Shown here piece after piece: positions 50,031 to 63,964 of a stretch of DNA of 64,000 bases (position 1 is its first letter; each line of letters begins with the position of its first letter). The notes under the pieces were generated by a model. It was not told where the DNA came from and made no database searches. It was given only the letters and a program-made list of their open reading frames with translations. Location: NCBI GenBank assembly GCA_013265495.1, contig MU058687.1:682001-746000 (forward strand), given 5' to 3'. The DNA is from Vicugna vicugna. Its lineage: Eukaryota. The position numbers and the translations under genes are program-made.

Positions 50031-50389
50031 TCATCATTGTGTTGGTATGAATGTGAAAAGGAGGATTAAATTGCTGCTAGTATAGAATCAGTTTCGTTTC
50101 TGGTGGGTTTTTAGTTAATCATACTACACAAGTAATAATAGCTCATGAAGTAGAAGAGTAAAGAGTGAAAGGCTGTTTCCTGCTTATGGCCTCCCGGGCC
50201 CACATCCAATAGATTAATGGGTTACTGTGTATCCTTCCAAGAGTGTATATGTATTTTTAGTACATGTAGGAGATTATACATAGTCTACTGTGGCTTTTTT
50301 TTACCTTAATAATATATCTTTTCATATCTGAACATACAAAATACCTCATGCTTATTTTATTAAACTAGTTTTTAAAATAAACTGATAAA

Positions 50390-50522
50390 GGGGGAGGGTA
50401 TAGCTCAGTAGTAGAATGCTTGCCTAGCATGCACAAGGTCCTGAGTTCAATCCCTAGTAACTCTATCAAAAATAGATAAATAAATAAATTAACAAACAAC
50501 CTAATTACCCACCCCCCAAAGC
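50390..50522 (+). mobile_element. tRNA-Ala-derived SINE (Vic-1-like)
   Basis: ggggagggtatagctcagtagtagaatgc...gagttcaatccc with a (TAAA)n tail; TSD ctgataaagg at 50382-50391 / 50523-50532. Confidence 0.88.
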
Positions 50523-51559
50523 CTGATAAAGGTGCTAGGCAAATAGTAGTGAAAGGAATGAATTTCCAATTACTAGACTTTGAAACATGTATGCATGGCT
50601 GTTTGTTTTTAAAGGAGCTTAGCATGGTGGTTAAGAGCCTAGGCCTGGAGCATTTGGATTCAAGTCCCCACTCTGTCCTTCAAAATCTCTGTAAATTTGG
50701 GTAAATCTTCCTAAACTTCAATTTCTTTATCTGTAAAGTGGGCTTTATCGTGGTAGCTCCCTCATGGAGTTGGATACAGTAGAAGAAATAATGTAGTTAT
50801 TGAGTTTGGCAGTTTAGTACAGTGTCTGGGACAGAACAAGTCATGTAGTTCAAATCTGAAGCAGCCACACTCCTGTTGCTAGAGCAGATGTCTAGGGATT
50901 CCCTCACATTTGCTTGTAGGATAGCTCCTAATTAATAGCACTGAGTTCTTTTATCTCGGAAAGTGAGAGTAGGTGGAGTCAGGGATCTCTTGCTTTCTGT
51001 TCTCTTCTTCCCCATCACAACTTGACCACAGTCAAAAAAGTCTGGAGACCATTGGTCTTGGCAGACGGAATTCTGAACCTTGAACACTAAGCTCCTGCTC
51101 TGGGAAAGGAGGCAGGGTTTGTATACAGAATCCAGGATGTAAAGCACTGAGTTTGCAGTTATAAATTCTAACCTTAAATCTGACACCACTTTGCTCATAA
51201 ATTTGGAAAGATAGCTTTCTTCTCATCAGAGGATTTCTAAATCCCACCCATCTTCAGGATTCTAGGATTCTGCTCTAGTTTGCAGGATCCTGCTTTTGAT
51301 TTTCAGGACTATGAAGATGTGGCTGCAGGGAACGGGTGTCCTTAGCAAGCTGGTTGTTGATCTGGTTTTGGTGTTTGGTCCACTTGGGAAAGCAGAGTGC
51401 TGCTTAAGCATTGCAGGCACTGGAATCAGAAAGGCAGGCTCAAATTTTAACTCAGCTACTTCTTAGCTGCATAATGTACTTAACCTATCTAAGCCTCAAT
51501 TTCTTCATTGCATAACACAGGGTTAATAATAGTGCCTATCTTTTAAAAAGTACCTACTT

Positions 51560-52930
51560 TTTTGATCTTTCTTCCTACAAATATTTGTTGAGGGCTCACT
51601 GTGAGCCAGGCACACAGTGGGATACAATTATGAGAAACAATAGATGGAACCAACAGTCTAGTGTGGAACACAGAAAATGATTGAATAATAGTACTAATGA
51701 ATATGAAATTGCAACTGTGAAAAGTGCAGCTAAGAATGGCAACAATTATAAAAACCTATAATAGAGGGAGCTGATGTGATAAGGAATTTTGGGTAGTTCT
51801 TCTGGGAAGATACTTGCATTGAGCACTTACAAATGAGGCTAGCTAACTGGATAAAAGGGGAAATAGAATGTGCAAAAGTCCTGTAGTAGTAGATAAGGAA
51901 GAAGACTAGTAAGGTTTTAGGGAAAGGAATAAAAGGGAACCAAGTGAGGGTGAAGAGATAAGCAGAGTCTCACAGTGTTTTGTTTTCATCCAAAATCAGT
52001 GGGAGGCCATTGAGGGGTTTGCTATTATCATTTTCCTTTAGAAGAGATCGATAACTAAGAATAGGTTTGGAGGAAGGCGGTAAAATAAGTTTAGGTACAC
52101 CAGCTAAGAGGCCACTACTGTGGTCTGGGTGAAATAAGATGGTAGCTTAGAAAGAGGTGGGAATAGAGGGAGTTAGAGAAAATTAAGCAGATTAGAGAGC
52201 TATTTAGGAGACAAAATAAACAGGATGTGGTAATAGATTAGATGGGATGGGGTGGGAGGGGGTAGTGTGGGAGAGGAATTTGTCACAGATGATGCCCAGA
52301 TTTCTGATTTGGATGGCTAATGGTGCCACTCTCTAGGAAAGGTACTCCCAATGGAGTGGCAGGTGTTGGGGAAAGAGCCTGTGTGATTTTGGACTTGTCT
52401 TACGGTGCCCTTGAGACATTCAAGTTTTGTTGTTCAGCAGCCAGCTGGATCTGTGGGTCTGAACTGGAAATACAAATTTGGGGAAAATTAGCAGAGACAG
52501 CAATCGAAGCTGTGCATATGAATGAGATGCCCCAGGAACCAAGTATAGTGTAAAGAGAAGAGCAGGGTCTCAACTTCAAGGAAACTCAACATTTAATTTT
52601 GGGTAAGAAGAATGAGTTTGAAAAAGTGACAAGCGGGTGGGGGAAGTGAAACCAAGCCTAGAAATCATGGGTCACAGAAGTGAAGGCACGAATGATTCAT
52701 GAGAGAAGGAGTGCTCAGCCATGTGGAAAGATGATGAAAGGTCAAGTAAAATAGGAGCGAAAGATGCTCATTGCATTTAACAACACAGAAATCATTGGTG
52801 ACCTTAGCCAGAGCTGTAGATGTGGAGTGACAGGATGGAAGCCAGGGTGGAAGAGAGAGTGGGAAGTGAGGAAATGATCACAGTGAATATAGAACAATGT
52901 TTCACAACTGTGAAGGGGAGGAAAGAGATT
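51560..52930. mobile_element. Long L2 fragment
   Basis: caaatatttgttgagggctcactgtgagccaggcac ... gatgatgcccagatttctg ... tcattggtgaccttagccagagc. Confidence 0.7.
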
Positions 52931-53959
52931 GGACAGTAGCCTGAGATTCTTGGAAGGTATAAATTATATGATGGGTATAAAATACTTAGGACAGTGTTTT
53001 GCCCAGAGTAAACTGGGACTGAGGGTATTCTCCTTAGAGAAAAAGATACAAGTAGTTTGAAAGACCCAGGTCCCTGACTTTAGTGCTTCCATGTGTCATT
53101 AGTGAAGCTTACATTCTAGAACTACAAAGTGGACTCAGGCCTCTTGAAAGGGAGACCTGGAGGACAGCTGGGAAAGGAAGAGATTAAAGCTACTTTCTTC
53201 AGGAATCACATGGTCCCAGGGTCAGGAAGGGCAAGCAGAGTCAATAGCTGTGTTTAGGGGTGAGGCATGGGAGAGACAATTTCCCTCTGAAGGTCCAAAC
53301 CCGCAGAGCATCTATCTTTCAATGTAATTCAGTCAAAATCCATGAAGCTTTCATCAACTACTTCAACTCACTGATGTCCCTTAACTCCTGTAGCATTTAG
53401 GGCCCTATATAATTTATTGTTTATGTGAGTCTCTAATAAAACAAACAGATAAAATGATATTTATTAGAAGAAGCTTATTTTATAAGTTCAATGTTTATTT
53501 ATTATAAGATCAATAAATGAGAAAAAAGAAGCTGTTCTAATAATGTTAAAAAAAAAAAAGGAAAGAAAGGAAATCAGGAGTTCTATTGGCTTCAGAAGCC
53601 AACTTTTGCCTTTATTTTGTTTTGACTATAATTTGACCTTCAAATTCTGATTCATTCAGACCAGTGGCTGCAAATAATAACAGTTTTACCTAACAATATT
53701 AGGAGGTTCTCTAATTAATCAGAGATGATAGAAGGATATTTATTCTAAAGTTTGCACAAAAATGAGCTAGTCCAGAGAACAAGAGGCTTAAAAAAATATA
53801 TAAAGTTTTATATATATATATGACAAACTATTTTTGAATACTGTATTAACTCTTTTATTTTATTTACATATTTTATTTGTTCCTCAAAATAACCCTACCA
53901 GGTGATTGTTATTATTATTTCCTTTTAATGTGCAAGAAAATTGAGGCTCAGAGAGATTA

Positions 53960-56900
53960 GGCAGACATAATTGTGTTTATGGAAATGTGAAAGTTTAGAT
54001 GCACTAAACAAGTCTTCCATTGAAAACAACTAAATATCCTGGATGAAATTTTTTAATGCTTCAATGATTTGGCATTAAGAGAGAAAGTAAGAAACCTATG
54101 GAGTGAAAGAAGAAATTCAAATAATTGAGAAGACTACTGAAGCTGGCTATAATCCTGAGGATGATAAACTTAGGCTTGAGATTTTATAGTCTCCCAGGGC
54201 TCAGAAGACAGGGCCCAAGTGTTTCAAGATTCTTATAATGTTTGAGAAGAGGGTAAAAAATACTAATTTACATTAGACTTCAATAATTTAAGCATATAGA
54301 CTTTTTCTAAGATAATCACCAAAAGAATAATGATAGAGAACATCTTTTCCAAACTAGTACCAGAAACAAATAGAGTGAAAAAAAATCAATTAATGTGAAA
54401 GAAACCAAGAAAAGGCGGTGGTGGGGGGTACTATGAAAGTATGAGACAAATAAAATGTATAGAGAATGATGTGGAAATTAATCCAAATATTGTTATTGCA
54501 AGTAAAAGAAATACATGTGGGTTAAATCTCAGCCTAGATTAAAAAACAAAATCTAGCTATATGCTATTTAAAAGAGACATATCCAAAACATAAAAATACA
54601 AAAACAAATGGAAAATAATATACTAGGCAAATACAAACTTGAAAAACTCTGTTATAGCTCTATTAATAATAGTCAAAATAAAATTTAAGGCAAAAAGAAA
54701 AATATATAATTATAAAAAGTTAGTCATAAAGATTAAAAGTTTAACTTGCTAGTCAAACAACAGCAAAAATTCCAAACTTATATGTTTCTAATAACATAGC
54801 CTCAAAAAAGAAAAAAAATCACAAAATTGCAAGGAAAACTAGAAAAATCAACTATCATAGTGGGAGATTTTAACACTTTTTTTCAATAATTGAAAAATTA
54901 AGCAGATAAAAAGTTCAAGAGAATGTAGGAAATTTGAAAAACAGAAGTAATAATCTTGGTCTAATGGTAAAATGCAGAAGATTTCATCCAAAAATGGGGA
55001 ATACACCCATAAAAAAACCATATTGTATAATTTGTAACATAGATATCAATAAAATGTATGACAATAATAGTACAGAGGCCAGGAGTTGGTAAACACAAGT
55101 ATATTTATATATACTACATATTGCAAGGTTCTTATACTCCATGTGAAGTAGTATAATATCACTTGGAGATAGACTATGACAAGTTTAAAATGTAAAGTAT
55201 AAACCCTAAAGCAAGCACTAAACTAACAAAACAACTATGTACAGCGAATAAGCCAATAAATAGAAAAAATAGTATTATAAAAGTACTCAATTACTCTGAA
55301 AAAAGACAGAAAAGAGTTTCTGGAGAACTTCTGGACACATAGAAGAGATGGGACAAATAGAAAATGAATACTAATATATTAAACCTAATCATATCAGTAA
55401 TCATATAAATGTAAATGATCTAAACACTCCAATTAAAAGGCAGAGATAGTCAGATTGGACTGAAAACAAAAACCAGAAAAACCAAAACCCAACTAAATGA
55501 TGCTTACCAGATATACAGTTACAATATAAAGGTACATATAAATTAAAAGCAAAAGGATGGAAAAAGATATACCATGGTATCATTAGTCAAAAGAAAGCTG
55601 GGATGGCCATATTAAGTGGATTTCAAAACAAAATGTATTTCCAGCAGTAGAGAAAGTTATTCCATAATAATAAATGGAGTAATTCATCAAGAGGATATAA
55701 CAATCTTAGACATTTATACACTTGATAATAGTTGCATTCAATAGGTGCTTCAAAACACATGAGATAAAAACTGATAGAATCTCCATAATCGTAGTTGGAA
55801 ATTTTAATACCCTTTTCTATATCCATTCTTTTTAAGTACATGCAGACCATTTATCAAGAAAGATCAACTTCTGGCCATAAAGTGGTCTCAAAAAATTTTA
55901 AAGGATTCAAATCATATGAAGTATGTTCTCTGACCATAATGGAATTGTTATTATGGAATGGAATAAAGAAATCAACAACAGAAACATATCTGAAAAACCA
56001 TCAAACATTTGAAAACTTAACACACTTCTAATAATCCATGGGTGAAAAAAATTTTTGATTTAAAGAAGAACTCAGAAGGGAAATTATAAAATATCTCGAA
56101 CTGAATGAAAATGACAACACAACATATCAAAACTTGCGGGTGCCATTAAACAGTACTTAGAAGCAAATTTTAGCACTAAACACCTGTATTAGGAATGAAC
56201 AAAGGTCTTGAAATGATGACCTCAGTTTCCACCTAGAAAAGGAAGAGCAAATCAAACACAAAATAAGCAAAAGAAAGGAAATAATAAAGATCAGAGCAGA
56301 AATCAGTGAAATAGAAAGCAGGAGAAAAAAAAAAGAAAGAAATCAATGAAACCCAATGCTGGTTCTTTGAGAACATCGATAAAAGTGATAAACTTCTAGC
56401 CAGACTGATCAGGAAAAAAAGAGAGAAGACACAAATGACCAATATTAGGAATGAAAGAGGTGACATTACTACAAATTTTGCATATATTAAAAGGATAGCA
56501 AAGAAATATGAATAATGTTGTGCCAATAATCTTGACATCTTAGATGAAATGGGTAATTTCCTTAAAATATACAACTACCAAAGCTCATGTGAGAAGAAAC
56601 ATATAAAACGAATATCCTTATATCCATCATAGAAATTTAATTTCCAGTTAAAAACCTTCTCACAAAGAAAACTTCAGGCCCAGAAGGATTTACTGGTGAA
56701 GTTTATCAAATATTTAACGAAGAAACAATACTGATTCTACATAAACTCTTCCAGAAAATAGAAGAGGAGGAAATTTTACCTATTCATTTTATAAGGCCAG
56801 CATTACCCTGATGCCAAAATCAGACAAAGATATTATAATAAAAAAAAAAAACTAAAGATCAATGTCCTTCATGAACACAGATGCAAAAATTTTAAATATA

Positions 56901-58340
56901 ATTTTGGCAAATCAAATCCAGCAATATATAAACAGGATAATACATCATGACCAAGTAGAGTTTATTCTACAAATACAAAATTGGTTTACCTTTCAAAGAT
57001 CAACCAATGCAATCCATCATATTAATAATCTAAAAAAGAAAAACCATAAGGTGTTCTTAATAAATGCAGAGAAAAACATTTAACAAAATCCAACATCCAT
57101 TCCTGATAAAAACTCTCAACAAACTAGGAATAGAAGGGAACTCCCCAGACTGGAGGGGAAAAAAACCCATCTATGAAAAAAAATCTATGGCAATATCACA
57201 CTTAGTCAAAGAGTGAATCTTTTCCTCCAAAGATCAGGAGGATCCCTCAAAGAGAAAAATGTCTGCTTTTACCACTTCCATTCAACATTGTCCTAAGCTT
57301 CTAGCCAGTGCAATATGGCAAGAAAAAGAAGACGTAAAACTGTATTTACAGACAATATGACCACATAGATAATCTGATGGAATCTACGAAAATGTACATT
57401 CAAGTGATCTCAGCAAGATTACAAGATATAAGATATAAAAAGCAATGGTATTTCTACATACCATCAGTGAACAATTAGAAGCTGAAATTTAAAAAAACCT
57501 ATACCATTTATAATGGCATCAAAATACAAAGTTCTTAGGGGTAAATCTGGCAAAAGATATGCAAGTCCTGTATGATAGAAACTATAAGATGTTACTTAAA
57601 GAAATTTTAAAAGGCCTAAATAAATGGAAAGTTATCTCTTGTTCATGGGTCAGAGACTGAGTGTTTAGATGTCAGTTCCCCCCACATTGATCTGCACTTT
57701 CATGGACATTCCAACGAAAATCTCTGCCTGTTTTTTTCTTTTTTTAATATTTCAGAAATCAACATATGATCTAGCCATTCTACGCCTGGGTATTTACCCA
57801 TGGGAAAAGAAAGCGTAAGCCCACACAAAGATTTGTATATTGATGTTCAAAGCAGCTTTCTTAAACCAGAAACAACTCAAAATTCATCAACTGATGAATG
57901 GATGAATAAAATGTGTATATCTATACAATGGAATACTACCCAGGAATAAAATGGAATGAAATACAGATACACATGCATGAATTTCAAAATAATTATGCTG
58001 AGTAAAAGAACCAGGGAAAAAAAAGAGTATAAACTGTTTTACTCCATTTATATAAAACTCTAGAGAATGCAAACTAATCTACAGTGACAGGAAGCAGATC
58101 AGTTGTTGCCTGGGTAGAGAGGGAAGAGTGGGGAAAAACAGAAAGGAGGGTTTACAAAGGAATAGGAGGCATCTGTTAGTAGTGATGGTTTGAATACGGT
58201 GATAGTTCCATGGATTATATGTATAAATTGATATATATATCCATATGTCAAAAATATCAAATTTTACACTTTAATTATATATAGTTTATGTATGTCAATT
58301 ATAACTCAGTAAAATTCTTTTAAAAATAATTTAGAAAAAG
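53960..58340 (+). mobile_element. Decayed LINE-1 block: ORF2 endonuclease and RT remnants plus 3' UTR; at least two elements
   Basis: ORF 56862-57083 ([32 protein letters not shown]) is L1 RT. The EN-start region occurs twice (~54500 and ~55400). Many stops and frameshifts; old L1 3' UTR at 57760-58330. Confidence 0.9.
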
Positions 58341-58728
58341 AACTGAATATAAACACAAAGAAAACAGAACATAACAAACAAGTTAATGAAATAAAATAAG
58401 TAACTTATCCAAGAATATACAGAGGATGGCAAAATTGGTCCCAATTCGGATTTGTGTGACTCCAGAACTTGTGTTCTTAACATAAGTAGAACATCACCAT
58501 TGCTTTCCCAATTTTGGTCATGAGGTATCACCTTCATTATTTTTGTCCTATCAAGTATCACCTACTATTGTTTACTTAATACTTTTCTTTAAATTGACTC
58601 ACTTTTAAAACTTAGCCTCATTCTAGACAATAATAGCTGTGAAATCAAGATTTTCACAAGCAGTTGGAATTTTCTTATTATACATTAAAATAAATACTTG
58701 TCAATTCAGAGGAAAAGAGCTCACCCAT

Positions 58729-59110
58729 TGTGATGATTTGTTTTATATGTCAAAGTGGCAAGGCTATAGTATCCAGTTAATCAAACATTAACCTATGTGT
58801 TTCTGTGGAGGTATTTTGTATTTGCGATTAACATCTACAATCAGTTGACGTTAAGTAAAGAAGATTATCTTTGATAATGTGGGTAAGACCCATCTCATCA
58901 GTAGGAAGGCCTTAAAAGCAAAACTGAGGTTTGAGGAGGAAAAAATTCTCTCTCGAGACTACAGCGTCACCTCCTGCCTGAGAATTTCCAGCCTGTGGAC
59001 CTTCCCAACAGATTTCAGACTTGTCAGTTTCCAATGAATTCCTTGAAATAAATCTCTTAACATATATGTGTCCTCCTGTTCTGTTTCTTTGGAGGACCCT
59101 GACTGATACA
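58729..59110 (+). mobile_element. MLT2-family ERVL solo LTR
   Basis: TG...CA ends: tgtgatgatttgttttatatgtcaa...aataaatctc...ttctgtttctttggaggaccctgactgataca. Confidence 0.8.
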
Positions 59111-59167
59111 CCCGCATGTGACCCATTTCTTCCACTCTTCTAAAAGCAAGCTAAGAAGGAAGCAAGT

Positions 59168-59280
59168 GGGGGTAGGGTATAGCTTAAGTGGTAGAGCGCA
59201 TGCTTAGCATGCACAAGGTCCTGGGTTCAATCCCTGGTACCACAACTAAAAATAAGTAAATAAAATTAGTCCCCCCCACC
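59168..59280 (+). mobile_element. tRNA-Ala-derived SINE (Vic-1-like)
   Basis: gggtatagcttaagtggtagagcgcatgcttagcatgcacaaggtcctgggttcaatccc; TSD aaggaa(g/a)caagtgg at 59156-59169 / 59281-59294. Confidence 0.88.
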
Positions 59281-59754
59281 AAGGAAACAAGTGGATAGGG
59301 GAGGAGGGGAATGAGAGGTGGTGGGTCAAGTGGAGCCAAATGAAGACCCCTCCCTCTCTGATGTAGGGAATGGGAATGTAGGGGACAGCGTGGGCAAGCC
59401 TCTCCACCTGTCTGGGACTTACCTATCAACTTGGAGGGGTGGGGACAGGAAGGGGAAGTAACGCCATCCCCATGAGGTGGATGGTTCTTAGAATCACATC
59501 CATAGCCAAGAATGGTCCAAGGCCAAGGCCTTTGGAAATCGTCCCCCTGATCTACCCCCTCTTGAAGTAGATGAAACCTGAGCACCAGAGTTACTCGCCT
59601 AAGGACCACAGAGCCCACTGATTCCCAGTCAACTGCGAGTCTCCTCTGCGGGGATCCTGGAGCAGCCCACAGTGACACTCCATCCACTCTTGTGGTCCCT
59701 ATGGAAGGCCACAGGGACTGAGAGACATAAAGGTCCCATCTGTCCCCTACATCC

Positions 59755-59935
59755 TCTCTCAGCTCTGGCTGCACATTAGAATCCTCTGGGGAGTTTTAAA
59801 AAAATTCCAGTATCTGAGGCCTACCCCAGACCTCTTCTATCAGGATCTCCAGGGGGACTGGCTTGAGCATCAGAGTTTTTGAAAGCTCCCCCAGGTGATT
59901 CTAATGTGCAGCTGGGCTGAGAGCTGCTGGTCTAG
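59755..59935. mobile_element. MER5-like hAT-Charlie
   Basis: ggctgcacattagaatc...ggtgattctaatgtgcagc inverted ends. Confidence 0.75.
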
Positions 59936-62900
59936 ACGGAGCACAAGGATCACCCAGCTGCTGCATGTCACTCCACATTTTTCACCTCACATTTTATTCC
60001 CCCTCCATCCCCACTCGAGTTCTGTCCATTCTCATTATTTTCTGTGCTCTGCCTCAATGGGAAGGACCAGGGAGAAGAGCACCTTCTCTGTCCCTGTGCT
60101 GCCCTAGAGACTGGCACACCTCACCTGCTCACCACCGTCCCATTTGGAGCTGCTGCCCCACTGAAGCAGAAATGCTAGTATCCCTCCCTCTTCCCCAATC
60201 TGATAGAATTTCTAATGGAACTGGGGAGAAAGGAGGGCGGGAATGGGATGTGGGGAAAAATGAATATTAGTACCTATGCTGTGCCAGGTGAAAGTTATCT
60301 TCTCGTGTGATCACCAAACTCCATATAGAAGGTATCGTTTTTCCCATCATATAGATGAAGCAACTCAGGTGAGCAAGATTAAATAACTTGCCAAAAGTTA
60401 TATAGCTATTAAGGGACAAGGTACTGCTGCCACACTAGACAGTCGGATCCCCTCTCTGGGCCTTGGTTTTCTTACATATAAAGTGAGGAAGGTAGGGTAG
60501 GTAACTTTAAAGATCCTTTTCAGCTCTGTGATTTTCTTGATTCCATTTTCTTTTCCCAGGCAGTTATATATTCATTTCACTTCTATCTTAAAAGAAGGGT
60601 CACTGGAGCTCAGGGGAGGGGAGGGTCACGCAGTCAATTTCTTGCCAAGTTGGAGCTGGAACCCATGGTCCAGCAGCCTGGCACATTGCAGTGGTCATCA
60701 GTCAGGGCTGGATAGGTACAATTAGGCTTCCCAGGGAGGCACTGAAAGTGCCAGCTCAGGATTCCGGGAGCCAGGGCTATGCCCCAGCAGAAGCCACCGA
60801 GAGGGACCGCTCAGTCCATGGACTCAGGCTGAGGGGGAGGGAGGACAGCCCAGAACCAGTCACTGTCAAGTCTCCCCAGGCATTTCACGCTCTTGAAAAT
60901 GGCCCAGAGAGAGATGCTATCAGGAAGCGTATATAATGGGTTTTGGAAATTGGCTAATTTTGTCGCAATCATCTGCATGTTGTCCAATGCATACTAAGCA
61001 CCTAGGACCAGCGTGGGCTTGTGAGTAGGGCCAGGGTGTCCAAGGCCTTCAGGGAGATGTGGCATGGGGAGGGGAGGGCAGAGTTGCTGGTCAATTCTAG
61101 TTGCCCGAAAGACCCCAGCTGACCTCAGACCACCAAGTTGGATGTTGGGTCAATGCCCTCTCTTGCCCCGCAAAGAGTCATCCCCACCTACCTCTTCCAC
61201 CCTCTGTCTGTACATACTCTGTCTTCTTTCTCCTCGGGCCTCCCTTCCCACCCTTGCCCATAGCCCTGTCTCCCCACTGCCTCCCGGCCATCCCTGAGCA
61301 GAATTCTTCCTGCCCTCAGGTCAATAAGCCATCAATACCCTGCGCTGAGAAGGAACACACAGCCCCTTGCACGCCTGAGTCACCAAGAACTGCTCTCCCA
61401 GCCCCTCCCTGGGCCTCTGGCACGCTCCCTCCATCCTCTGGGCCCTGCTTCTTCCACCCCAGAGACATTGCTATCCATCAGCTCTCTGCCTCGCTGGTCA
61501 CAGTCACTTTCTCTGGCTGTCTTCAGCTTGGTTGTTTATTTTCCTCCTCTCCCCTCCTCCTACTCCCTCTTCCTCCACTTGTTCCTGGATTCAGCTTTGC
61601 TGTAAGTTGCTTCTGAGTGTCGTCCTGCAGAATGGGCCAGAAAAGACACCCAAGGCAGTGCGCTCATGTCCCCTCCCAGGTGACCCTCTCCCCTCGCCAA
61701 AGTTTAGGATCTTTGAGGAAACAGGGCTAATGTCTCCTGCAGAGGCATGTAATGCCATTTAAAGGGCCCAAGATTTGGAATCAGAGGACTCCAGTTCTGG
61801 AACTAATTCTGAGAGAACTTCGGGTAGATTCGTTAACCTCTCTAAGCCTCAGTTCTCTCATTTATGAAATGAAGCTGTGAGAAAATAATAGCTTTCATTT
61901 ATTGAGTAAATTCTATATGTCAGCCTCCCTGCTAGGCACTTTTGAACACAATTGTGTTTACACATGTTTGTGAAAGTGCTTTGTAAATTAGAAAGTGCTA
62001 TGCAAATGCCTCTTATTATAGAGAAACCCGGAAAGCCACTATTGGCATCTACATAGCTCTCCTTTGTACCCAGAAAAAGAATTCAATGGACACTTTTGAC
62101 CAATTCTGTTAACAAAAAATTTCATGCATACATCATCTCATTGACCTGCATGTGGCTGTTCTGAAGTAAGTAAGCAAATATGATTGGCCCCACACTGTGG
62201 GTAAGGAGGCCAAGACCCAGAAAACGGAGCCTGGGGAACTCTGCTTGTTTTCTCCACTTCCACCCATGCACTCCTGCCTCCCTGCCCTCCACCCCTCTGC
62301 AGTGGGCTGGGAAGTATACCTATTCCATTTTATCTGATGGTAAGCAGGGGTGTGGGGTCTGTGGGCAATGTGTAAGTGTGCCTTTGGCATAAGCAGCATC
62401 TAGAAAGGTGGAATGAAATGCCAGGCAGAGAAGTTATTTGGAACAGTCAGGGTGGAGCTCTGAGGGCAGCAGAGTGCCCCAGGTGGTCCAGGTGGCACAG
62501 GCGGCACTGCCTCTAGAGGGAAAGGGGCATGGTGGGGAAAGATTCTGGAGCCAGAAACCAGGAGGAAATTGGGCCGCCTAAGTGAAGGCATGGTGTCACA
62601 TGTTGGGTCATGTGATCAAGATTCTGAACATGGGGCTCTGAGCCCAAGAGTCTAGCAAGGACTTATACTCACTCTCTGCTAACTTTGGGCCAATCAGATC
62701 ACCTCCCAAACTATACCTGGTATCTCAGGCCAGACTCTGGTCCAGGAGCTTGCATCTGAGCCAGCAGCCCTTCCAGGAGACCAGTGTAATCATCCAGGCC
62801 TCGACCACCTCTTTACCTCCAGCCACCAAAGGCCACAGCTAATTCCCGCACAGGCTGAGTCATGGCACTGGCCTGCACACGTGGACCAGAGCTCCCTGGT

Positions 62901-63157
62901 CACAATGGACAAGGTTGGGGTCCACATATCCCTCCTAAGAATTTAAGCTAAATCTCTTCAAGTGCTTTAGACCCTCACCCTTTCTACCTCCTTCTGAAAT
63001 CTCATTTGATTGGTTTTCTGTGCACTTCTCTCTTATCTTGTGTTTCTTCCTCTTCACCGGCTCCTTATTAGCATTTAAACATGTTTGAGATTCACTCTTT
63101 AAAAACAAAACGAAACAAATTCCTCTCCCTTATCCCCACATTCTTATCTCAATAGTC

Positions 63158-63509
63158 TTGTATTCATTCTTGCTTATGTAACAGTTTTCACCTCTACATT
63201 TTGAAGCTTAAAACAACCAACACAAAACAATAAACATTTATTATTATCACATTCAGTTTCTGAGGATCTGGAATCTGGCGGGTTCATCTAAGACTTGTGC
63301 ATCTCATGGGGCTGCAGTCAGAATTAGGTGGCAATTTTGTGAAGGTTCGACCGGGGCTGGAGGATCAATCTGCTCCCACTATGACTCACATATGGCTGTT
63401 GGCAGATGGCCTCCGTGTCTCACCACGTCCGCCTCATGATGGGGCAGCCATCTTCCCCTAGAGTGAGTGATCCAAGAAAAAGTGGCTAAAATAAAAGTTG
63501 TGATATCAT
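63158..63509 (-). mobile_element. MLT1-family LTR, interrupted
   Basis: gcttaaaacaac...tttattattatcac...agtttctgagg...ggctgttggc...tagagtgagtgatccaaga. Confidence 0.7.
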
Positions 63510-63964
63510 TTGGGAAAGGAAAATCAAAATGGAGATGGTATTGCTAACAGAGCTCTCTAAAATGGAGCCAGGAGACCAGTGAGGAAGTGTGACTCATACA
63601 CATCTCAGCCTGGATGGAATCTGAACTTTTGACATACTGTCCTAACAAAGACATCCAGGACATCTGCCAGAAACTCAAGATACTTATCAGACTCTTTCCC
63701 TAAAGTAACCCGTGATAGCCTATCTACTTATCAGATGCTTCCCCTAAAACAACCCATGAGAGCCCATCCCTTAAGGACAAATAATTCTTTTCTTGTATCA
63801 GAGTACAGACTCGTGGCTTTTGCCTTGCTATAAGCCCCTGACTCTTCCTCTTTCCTGGAACACTCTTTTAGCTTTACCTGAATGTGTCTCCTGAATTACA
63901 GTTCATAAGACTCCAAATTAAGCTCTTTGTTCTTTATAGCCTCGATACTGATTATTGTTTGACA
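63510..63964 (+). mobile_element. ERV-type solo LTR nested in the MLT1
   Basis: TG...CA ends (tgggaaaggaaaatcaaaatggag...tgtttgaca), internal direct repeats and a TATA-like ctataag. MLT1-like sequence resumes afterwards. Confidence 0.6.

Noticed and set aside
56862..57083. Reverse-transcriptase ORF as a functional gene or novel RT system
   Set aside because: It is a fragment of decayed LINE-1 ORF2, surrounded by stops and frameshifts.
59168..59243. tRNA-Ala gene
   Set aside because: A-rich tail, TSD, poor acceptor-stem pairing and multiple diverged copies indicate a SINE, not a functional tRNA.
59184..61762. Exons of NPC2 or another upstream gene
   Set aside because: No NPC2-like (ML domain) peptide appears in the ORF translations, and part of the region runs into SINE and MER5 sequence.
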